From Selaginella moellendorffii (taxonomy: Eukaryota; Plantae; Lycopodiophyta), in assembly GCF_000143415.4 (NCBI RefSeq), contig NW_003314640.1:1-8073 (forward strand): DNA of 8,073 nucleotides, given 5' to 3'. The translations under genes were made by a program, and so were the position numbers. Positions 1-7,797 of this stretch are shown one piece after another. The notes below the pieces were generated by a model. It worked only from the letters and a program-made list of their open reading frames with translations. It ran no database searches and had not been told where the DNA came from. Numbering within the stretch: the first letter of the stretch is position 1; each line of letters opens with the position of its first letter.

Positions 1-322
1 GATGCATCAAGGTTTACGCCCTTGAACGTCAGCTTCTTCAGATTGACACTGACACCTCCAATCGTCTTCAAAAGGGCCGCTGCCACATCTTTGAGCCAAG
101 AAGCCCAAGCTCGCATCTGTCTTGCAATCTGTGCAGCAGCCAGCTCCGGGGAACTGAAGTCCGCAGCCCTCATGTCCATGTAGAAGAGCGGCAACTGGGC
201 TTTCAGCAGAGGGTTGGCATCCCACATCTTCCTGAGCTGCTTGAGCAGAGCAGACTTGCCTGAATTGTTGGGGCCTATCACTACAGCGATGCAGTTGAAG
301 CCTTCCTCAATATGTGTGAGCA

Positions 323-366
323 GATCAGTCATCTCTTCGTGCCTATCAAAGAAGAAATGACTGATC
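323..366. repeat. Inverted repeat (16-bp arms, 15/16 match, 12-nt loop), only in 1237-bp units; also at 3970, 5207, 6444, 7681
   Basis: GATCAGTCATCTCTTC (323-338) pairs with GAAGAAATGACTGATC (351-366). Confidence 0.9.
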
Positions 367-413
367 GTCGTCGTTGAGCGACTTCTTCGTCATCATCATT
401 GAGCGACTTCTTC
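365..413. repeat. 24-bp direct duplication, only in 1237-bp units
   Basis: TCGTCGTCGTTGAGCGACTTCTTC (365-388), then G, then TCATCATCATTGAGCGACTTCTTC (390-413). Confidence 0.92.
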
Positions 414-451
414 AGCTCCCTCACCGCTTCAGCCGCCATAGCCGCCAAACC

Positions 452-810
452 CTAAAATGTGTTAAACCTAAAGTCGCCCGTTACGTGGTACCAATTTGGT
501 ATCAGAGAGACTAGTTGACTTTTTTTATTTTTTTTAGTTTATTTTCAAACAGATGAGCTGTGAAATGGGACATCAACTCAAAACATGTTGGAAGATCCAG
601 ATTCCTTGCTGGCTACAAGTTGTTGTAAGCTAAACAAATGCTAATCTGTAGGAAGAGTTTTTCTTCCTGGCTAACTAGAGAACCTGACTGAAACTCTGGA
701 GAACTAATTTACCGATAGAGAGAGTTTGAAGAGCTTGAAAACCTGTAATGTGGGTTTGGAAATTCTTGGTTATTGGAAGGCTCGTAAAGGCTCTAGGTGA
801 ACCAGATAAC
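452..810 (-). other. AT-rich inter-module spacer; candidate 359-nt GT-AG intron, repeated in each unit
   Basis: On the minus strand it begins AAG|GTTATC (810) and ends CACATTTTAG|GGT (452). GC content is lower than in the coding module. Confidence 0.35.
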
Positions 811-1644
811 CTTTAGTGTATGAGCTCCACAGATCTCATACACCCTCTGCTCCGAACACGAGTCGGGAGCTGTGGCACTTGCTGCTATGCGCTTGGCGAC
901 GAGGCTTGACAGGAATGCCTTGGCGTTCTTTTCACCAAGGTGCCCCACACCAACTGGCTGCCACTGCTCAACGTCTGTGTGACTCTGGAACCACTGCCAA
1001 AAAAAGTCGTCGCAGGTGGACATAATCACAACCCCAGTCCAGTCTTGCTTGGTCATGGCTGGGAAACATCCCAGGAGGGTGCCTACATCCTGGTCGGACC
1101 ACCGCTTCAGCCTGTCAGCTTCATCGATGACAAAAATTGGCCTCCTATGCTGGTTTTCAGCCGCTAGGCTCATAAACCAACTCATGACAGAGCCCAAGTC
1201 CTTCACTGGCTCCGCTTTTAACAGCTCTAGAAAGCTCGATGCATCAAGGTTTACGCCCTTGAACGTCAGCTTCTTCAGATCGACACTGACACCTCCGATC
1301 GTCTTCAAAAGGGCCGCTGCCACATCTTTGAGCCAAAAAGCCCAAGCTCGCATCTGTCTTGCAATCTGTGTAGCAGCCAGCTCCGGAGAACTGAAGTCCG
1401 CAGCCCTCATGTCCATGTAGAAGAGCGGCAACTGGGCTTTCAGCAGAGGGTTGGCATCCCACATCTTCCTGAGCTGCTTGAGCAGAGCAGACTTGCCTGA
1501 ATTGTTGGGGCCTATCACTACAGCGATGCGGTTGAAGCCTTCCTCAATATGTGTGAGCAGATCAGTCATCTCTTCGTGCCTATCAATGAAACCCTCGTCG
1601 TCGTTGAGCGACTTCTTCAGCTCCCTCACCGCTTCAGCCACCAT
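793..1644 (-). CDS. U2: P-loop NTPase, archaeal-ATPase (ATPase_2)/MJ-type STAND-like, intact frame, short C-terminus (283 aa from ATG)
   Basis: Motifs in order: FIDRHEE, VVIGPNNSGKS (Walker A, 1489-1512), FYMDMR, PIFVIDEADRL (Walker B), TKQ..VVIMSTCD, VGHL...AKAFL, VYEICG. The ORF-track start at 1653 is TTG; the first ATG is at 1644. Ends at TAG 793-795. May instead be an exon (811-1656). Confidence 0.8.
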   Translation of the reverse strand: MVAEAVRELKKSLNDDEGFIDRHEEMTDLLTHIEEGFNRIAVVIGPNNSGKSALLKQLRKMWDANPLLKAQLPLFYMDMRAADFSSPELAATQIARQMRAWAFWLKDVAAALLKTIGGVSVDLKKLTFKGVNLDASSFLELLKAEPVKDLGSVMSWFMSLAAENQHRRPIFVIDEADRLKRWSDQDVGTLLGCFPAMTKQDWTGVVIMSTCDDFFWQWFQSHTDVEQWQPVGVGHLGEKNAKAFLSSLVAKRIAASATAPDSCSEQRVYEICGAHTLKVIWFT

Positions 1645-1651
1645 AGCCGCC

Positions 1652-1660
1652 AAACCCTAA
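1652..1660 (+). promoter_or_regulatory. Telo-box-like AAACCCTAA just upstream of the NTPase ATG, in every unit (e.g. also 447-455); overlaps the candidate splice acceptor
   Basis: Exact match to the plant telo-box AAACCCTA. An ACGTGG (ABRE/G-box-like core) lies ~30 bp further upstream. These motifs are short and their function is unproven. Confidence 0.3.
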
Positions 1661-1913
1661 AATGTGTTAAACCTAAAGTCGCCCGTTACGTGGTTCCAAT
1701 TTGGTATCAGAGAGACTAGTTGACTTTTTTTATTTTTTTTAGTTTATTTTCAAACAGATGAGCTGTGAAATGGGACATCAACTCAAAACATGTTGGAAGA
1801 TCCAGATTCCTTGCTGGCTACAAGTTGTTGTAAGCTAAACAAATGCTAATCTGTAGGAAGAGTTTTTCTTCCTGGCTAACTAGAGAACCTGACTGAAACT
1901 CTGGATAACTAAT

Positions 1914-2849
1914 TTACCGATAGAGAGAGTTTGAAGAGCTTGAAAACCTGTAATGTGGGTTTGGAAATTCTTGGTTATTGGTAGGCTCGTAAAGGCTCTG
2001 GGTGAACCAGATAACCTTTAGTGTATGAGCTCCACAGATCTCATACACCCTCTGCTCCGACCACGAGTCGGGAGCTGTGGCACTTGCTGCTATGCGCTTG
2101 GCAACGAGGCTTGACAGGAATGCCTTGGCGTTCTTTTCACCAAGGTGCCCCACACCAACTGGCTGCGACTGCTCAACGTCTGTGTGACTCTGGAACCACT
2201 GCCAAAAATAGTCGTCGCAGGTGGACATAATCACAACCCCAGTCCAGTCTTGCTTGGTCATGGCTGGGAAACATCCCAGGAGGGTGCCTACATCCTGGTC
2301 GGACCACCGCTTCAGTCTGTCAACTTCATCGATGACAAAAATTGGCCTCCTATGCTGGTTTTCAGCCGCTAGGCTCATAAACCAACTCATGACAGAGCCC
2401 AAGTCCTTCACTGGCTCCGCTTTTAACAGCTCTAGAAAGCTCGATGCATCAAGGTTTACGCCCTTGAACGTCAGCTTCTTCAGATTGACACTGACACCTC
2501 CGATCGTCTTCAGAAGGGCCGCTGCCACATCTTTGAGCCAAGAAGCCCAAGCTCGCATCTGTCTTGCAATCTGTGCAGCAGCCAGCTCCGGGGAACTGAA
2601 GTCCACAGCCCTCATGTCCATGTAGAAGAGCGGCAACTGGGCTTTCAGCAGAGGGTTGGCATCCCACATCTTCCTGAGCTGCTTGAGCAGAGCAGACTTG
2701 CCTGAATTGTTGGGGCCTATCACTACAGCGATGCGGTTGAAGCCTTCCTCAATATGTGTGAGCAGATCAGTCATCTCTTCGTGCCTATCAATGAAACCCT
2801 CGTCGTCGTTGAGCGACTTCTTCAGCTCCCTCACCGCTTCAGCCGCCAT
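1914..2849 (-). CDS. U3: P-loop NTPase, ATPase_2/STAND-like, intact frame, long C-terminus (311 aa from ATG)
   Basis: Same motifs as U2 (Walker B IFVIDEVD) and no insertion. CAG in place of TAG adds 28 aa. The track start at 2858 is TTG; ATG is at 2849. Confidence 0.8.
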   Translation of the reverse strand: MAAEAVRELKKSLNDDEGFIDRHEEMTDLLTHIEEGFNRIAVVIGPNNSGKSALLKQLRKMWDANPLLKAQLPLFYMDMRAVDFSSPELAAAQIARQMRAWASWLKDVAAALLKTIGGVSVNLKKLTFKGVNLDASSFLELLKAEPVKDLGSVMSWFMSLAAENQHRRPIFVIDEVDRLKRWSDQDVGTLLGCFPAMTKQDWTGVVIMSTCDDYFWQWFQSHTDVEQSQPVGVGHLGEKNAKAFLSSLVAKRIAASATAPDSWSEQRVYEICGAHTLKVIWFTQSLYEPTNNQEFPNPHYRFSSSSNSLYR

Positions 2850-3118
2850 AGCCGCCAAACCCTAAAATGTGTTAAACCTAAAGTCGCCCGTTACGTGGTT
2901 CCAATTTGGTACCAGAGAGACTAGTTGACTGTTTTAATTTTCCTTAGTTTATTTTCAAACAGATGAGCTGTGAGATGGGACATCAACTCAAAACATGTTG
3001 GAAGATCCAGATTCCTTGCTGGCTACAAGTTGTTGTAAGCTAAACGAATGCTAATCTGTAGGAAGAGTTTTTCTTCCTGGCTAACTAGAGAACCTGACTG
3101 AAACTCTGGATAACTAAT

Positions 3119-4086
3119 TTACCGATAGAGAGAGTTTGAAGAGCTTGAAAACCTGTAATGTGGGTTTGGAAATTCTTGGTTATTGGTAGGCTCGTAAAGG
3201 CTCTGGGTGAACCAGATAACCTTTAGTGTATGAGCTCCACAGATCTCATACACCCTCTGCTCCGACCACGAGTCGGGAGCTGTGGCACTTGCTGCTATGC
3301 GCTTGGCAACGAGGCTTGACAGGAATGCCTTGGCGTTCTTTTCACCAAGGTGCCGCACACCAACTGGCTGCCACTGCTCAACGTCTGCGTGACTCTGGAA
3401 CCACTGCCAAAAATAGTCGTCGCAGGTGGACATAATCACAACCCCAGTCCAGTCTTGCTTGGTCATGGCTAGGAAACATCCCAGGAGTGTGCCTACATCC
3501 TGGTCGGACCACCGCTTCAGCCTGTCAACTTCATCGATGACAAAAATTGGCCTCCTATGCTAGTTTTCAGCCGCTAAGCTCATAAACCAACTCATGACAG
3601 AGCCCAAGTCCTTCACTGGCTCCGCTTTTAACAGCTCTAGAAAGCTCGATGCATCAAGGTTTACGCCCTTGAACGTCAGCTTCTTGAGATCGACACTGAC
3701 ACCTCCAATCGTCTTCAGAAGGGCCGCTGCCACATCTTTGAGCCAAGAAGCCCAAGCTCGCATCTGTCTTGCAATCTGTGCAGCAGCCAGCTCCGGGGAA
3801 CTGAAGTCCGCAGCCCTCATGTCCATGTAGAAGAGCGGCAACTGGGCTTTCAGCAGAGGGTTGGCATCCCACATCTTCCTGAGCTGCTTGAGCAGAGCAG
3901 ACTTGCCTGAATTGTTGGGGCCTATCACTACAGCGATGCGGTTGAAGCCTTCCTCAATATGTGTGAGCAGATCAGTCATCTCTTCGTGCCTATCAAAGAA
4001 GAAATGACTGATCGTCGTCGTTGAGCGACTTCTTCGTCATCATCATTGAGCGACTTCTTCAGCTCCCTCACCGCTTCAGCCACCAT
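3119..4086 (-). pseudogene. U4: doubly disrupted NTPase copy
   Basis: Carries the +32-bp frameshift (~3997-4060) and a nonsense CAG>TAG at 3560-3562 just before Walker B, which splits the frame into the 139-aa and 115-aa ORFs. Confidence 0.9.
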
Positions 4087-4439
4087 AGCCGCCAAACCCT
4101 AAAATGTGTTAAACCTAAAGTCTCCCGTTACGTGGTTCCAATTTGGTATCAGAGAGACTAGTTGACTGTTTTAATTTTCTTTAGTTTATTTTCAAACAGA
4201 TGAGCTGTGAAATGGGACATCAACTCAAAACATGTTGGAAGATCCAGATTCCTTGCTGGCTACAAGTTGTTGTAAGCTAAACAAATGCTAATCTGTAGGA
4301 AGAGTTTTTCTTCCCGGCTAACTAGAGAACCTGACTGAAACTCTGGAGAACTAATTTACCGATAGAGAGAGTTTGAAGAGCTTGAAAACCTGTAATGTGG
4401 GTTTGGAAATTCTTGGTTATTGGTAGGCTCGTAAAGGCT

Positions 4440-5323
4440 CTAGGTGAACCAGATAACCTTTAGTGTATGAGCTCCACAGATCTCATACACCCTCTGCTCC
4501 GACCACGAGTCGGGAGCTGTGGCACTTGCTGCTATGCGCTTGGCGACGAGGCTTGACAGGAATGCCTTGGCGTTCTTTTCACCAAGGTGCCCCACACCAA
4601 CTGGCTTCCACTGCTCAACGTCTGTGTGACTCTTGAACCACTGCCAAAAAAAGTCGTCGCAGGTGGACATAATCACAACCCCAGTCCGGTCCTGCTTGGT
4701 GATGGCTATGAAACATCCCAGGAGGGTGCCTACATCCTGGTCGGACCACCGCTTCAGCCTGTCAGCTTCATCGATGACAAAAATTGGCCTCCTATGCTGG
4801 TTTTCAGCCTCCAGGCTCATAAACCAACTCATGACAAAGCCCAAGTCCTTCACTGGCTCCGCTTTTAACAGCTCTAGAAAGCTCGATGCATCAAGGTTTA
4901 CGCCCTTGAATGTCAGCTTCTTGAGATCGACACTGACACCTCCGATCGTCTTCAGAAGGGCCGCTGCCACATCTTTGAGCCAAGAAGCCCAAGCTCGCAT
5001 CTGTCTTGCAATCTGTGCAGCAGCCAGCTCCGGGGAACTGAAGTCCGCAGCCCTCATGTCCATGTAGAAGAGCGGCAACTGGGCTTTCAGCAGAGGGTTG
5101 GCATCCCACATCTTCCTGAGCTGCTTGAGCAGAGCAGACTTGCCTGAATTGTTGGGGCCTATCACTACAGCGATGCAGTTGAAGCTTTCCTCAATATGTG
5201 TGAGCAGATCAGTCATCTCTTCGTGCCTATCAAAGAAGAAATGACTGATCGTCGTCGTTGAGCGACTTCTTCGTCATCATCATTGAGCGACTTCTTCAGC
5301 TCCCTCACCGCTTCAGCCGCCAT
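4440..5323 (-). pseudogene. U5: NTPase copy with 5' frameshift; residual 258-aa ORF 4440-5216; divergent internal patch
   Basis: ATG 5323 is out of frame because of the insertion. Walker A/B are retained downstream of Met 5216. TAG stop as in U2. Confidence 0.7.
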
Positions 5324-5369
5324 AGCCGCCAAACCCTAAAATGTGTTAAACCTAAAGTCGCCCGTTACG

Positions 5370-5388
5370 TGGTACCAATTTGGTACCA
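5370..5388. repeat. 19-bp palindrome TGGTACCAA-T-TTGGTACCA (perfect in U5 and U7 7844-7862; 1-2 mismatches in other units)
   Basis: Read directly from the sequence. Confidence 0.85.
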
Positions 5389-5592
5389 GAGAGACTAGTT
5401 GACTGTTTTAATTTTCCTTAGTTTATTTTCAAACAGATGAACTGCGAGATGGGACGTCAACTCAAAACATGTTGGAAGATCCAGATTCCTTGCTGGCTAC
5501 AAGTTGTTGTAAGCTAAATGAATGCTAATCCTTAGGAAGAGTTTTTCTTCCTGGCTAACTAGAGAACCTAACTGAAACTCTGGAGAACTAAT

Positions 5593-6560
5593 TTACCGAT
5601 AGAGAGAGTTTGAAGGGCTTGAAAACCTGTAATGTGGTTTTGGAAATTCTTGGTTATTGGTAGGCTTGTAAAGGCTCTGGGTGAACCAGATAACCTTTAG
5701 TGTATGAGCTCCATAGATCTCATACACCCTCTGCTCCGACCACGAGTCGGGAGCTGTGGCACTTGCTGCTATGCGCTTGGCGACGAGGCTTGACAGGAAT
5801 GCCTTGGCGTTCTTTTCACCAAGGTGCCCCACACCAACTGGCTGCCACTGCTCAACGTCTGCGTTACTCTGGAACCACTGCCAAAAATAGTCGTCGCAGG
5901 TGGACATAATCACAACCCCAGTCCAGTCTTGCTTGGTCATGGCTGGGAAACATCCCAGGAGGGTGCCTACATCCTGGTCGGACCACCGCTTCAGCCTGTC
6001 AACTTCATCGATGACAAAAATTGGCCTCCTATGCTGGTTTTCAGCCGCTAGGCTCATAAACCAACTCATGACAGAGCCCAAGTCCTTCACTGGCTCCGCT
6101 TTTAACAGCTCTAGAAAGCTCGATGCATCAAGGTTTACGCCCTTGAACGTCAGCTTCTTCAGATTGACACTGACACCTCCAATCGTCTTCAAAAGGGCCG
6201 CTGCCACATCTTTGAGCCAAGAAGCCCAAGCTCGCATCTGTCTTGCAATCTGTGCAGCAGCCAGCTCCGGGGAACTGAAGTCCGCAGCCCTCATGTCCAT
6301 GTAGAAGAGCGGCAACTGGGCTTTCAGCAGAGGGTTGGCATCCCACATCTTCCTGAGCTGCTTGAGCAGAGCAGACTTGCCTGAATTGTTGGGGCCTATC
6401 ACTACAGCGATGCGGTTGAAGCCTTCCTCAATATGTGTGAGCAGATCAGTCATCTCTTCGTGCCTATCAAAGAAGAAATGACTGATCGTCGTCGTTGAGC
6501 GACTTCTTCGTCATCATCATTGAGCGACTTCTTCAGCTCCCTCACCGCTTCAGCCACCAT
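5593..6560 (-). pseudogene. U6: NTPase copy with 5' frameshift; residual 286-aa ORF 5593-6453
   Basis: ATG 6560 is out of frame. The residual ORF lacks the FIDRxxE motif but keeps Walker A/B. Confidence 0.7.
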
Positions 6561-6829
6561 AGCCGCCAAACCCTAAAATGTGTTAAACCTAAAGTCGCCC
6601 GTTACGTGGTTCCAATTTGGTATCAGAGAGACTAGTTGACTGTTTTAATTTTCTTTAGTTTATTTTCAAACAGATGAGCTGTGAAATGGGACATCAACTC
6701 AAAACATGTTGGAAGATCCAGATTCCTTGCTGGCTACAAGTTGTTGTAAGCTAAACAAATGCTAATCTGTAGGAAGAGTTTTTCTTCCTGGCTAACTAGA
6801 GAACCTGACTGAAACTCTGGATAACTAAT

Positions 6830-7797
6830 TTACCGATAGAGAGAGTTTGAAGAGCTTGAAAACCTGTAATGTGGGTTTGGAAATTCTTGGTTATTGGTAG
6901 GCTCGTAAAGGCTCTGGGTGAACCAGATAACCTTTAGTGTATGAGCTCCACAGATCTCATACACCCTCTGCTCCGACCACGAGTCGGGAGCTGTGGCACT
7001 TGCTGCTATGCGCTTGGCAACGAGGCTTGACAGGAATGCCTTGGCGTTCTTTTCACCAAGGTGCCCCACACCAACTGGCTGCCACTGCTCAACGTCTGCG
7101 TTACTCTGGAACCACTGCCAAAAATAGTCGTCGCAGGTGGACATAATCACAACCCCAGTCCAGTCTTGCTTGGTCATGGCTGGGAAACATCCCAGGAGGG
7201 TGCCTACATCCTGGTCGGACCACCGCTTCAGCCTGTCAGCTTCATCGATGACAAAAATTGGCCTCCTATGCTGGTTTTCAGCCGCTAGGCTCATAAACCA
7301 ACTCATGACAGAGCCCAAGTCCTTCACTGGCTCCGCTTTTAACAGCTCTAGAAAGCTCGATGCATCAAGGTTTACGCCCTTGAACGTCAGCTTCTTCAGA
7401 TTGACATTGACACCTCCGATCGTCTTCAGAAGGGCCGCTGCCACATCTTTGAGCCAAGAAGCCCAAGCTCGCATCTGTCTTGCAATCTGTGCAGCAGCCA
7501 GCTCCGGGGAACTGAAGTCCGCAGCCCTCATGTCCATGTAGAAGAGCGGCAACTGGGCTTTCAGCAGAGGGTTGGCATCCCACATCTTCCTGAGCTGCTT
7601 GAGCAGAGCAGACTTGCCTGAATTGTTGGGGCCTATCACTACAGCGATGCAGTTGAAGCCTTCCTCAATATGTGTGAGCAGATCAGTCATCTCTTCGTGC
7701 CTATCAAAGAAGAAATGACTGATCGTCGTCGTTGAGCGACTTCTTCGTCATCATCATTGAGCGACTTCTTCAGCTCCCTCACCGCTTCAGCCACCAT
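6830..7797 (-). pseudogene. U7: NTPase copy with 5' frameshift; residual 286-aa ORF 6830-7690
   Basis: ATG 7797 is out of frame. The residual ORF keeps Walker A/B. Confidence 0.7.

Larger units (their letters stand above)
1..439 (-). pseudogene. U1: 5' part of STAND/ATPase_2-like NTPase copy with the +32-bp frameshift; runs off the window edge
   Basis: ATG at 439, insertion at 350-413, downstream Met (MTDLL) at 332, then Walker A GPNNSGKS. The frame is open to position 1. Confidence 0.7.

Noticed and set aside
343-360. New acceptor-like TTTCTTCTTTGATAG|G created by the insertion (minus strand) as a frameshift rescue
   Set aside because: It is phase 2, so it is out of frame with the candidate phase-0 donor and hits a stop within six codons.
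365-413. CRISPR-like short repeats
   Set aside because: Only two adjacent copies with no unique spacers; this is a local duplication.
447-475. Interstitial telomeric array (AAACCCTAAA...AAACCTAAA)
   Set aside because: Only one full and one degenerate, non-adjacent motif per unit.
519-536. Poly-T tract as a terminator or retroposed poly(A) tail
   Set aside because: Present only in U1/U2 as a variant of CTGTTTTAATTTTCCTT, with no preceding GC stem and no TSD.
1115-1126. DEAD (or DEVD) tetrapeptide suggesting a DEAD-box helicase or caspase site
   Set aside because: This is the Walker B of a STAND-like NTPase. Other SF2 helicase motifs are absent, and A/V is a single transition.
1244-1462. Cys-rich 72-aa minus-strand ORF (MGCQPS...) in each unit
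   Set aside because: An alternative frame nested inside the NTPase, with no signal peptide or known Cys pattern. Conservation is uninformative at this level of identity.
816-1660. Recurring plus-strand ORFs (69, 75, 134, 69 aa) and their copies in other units
   Set aside because: Antisense shadows of the NTPase frame with no recognisable motifs. Recurrence simply reflects repeat identity.
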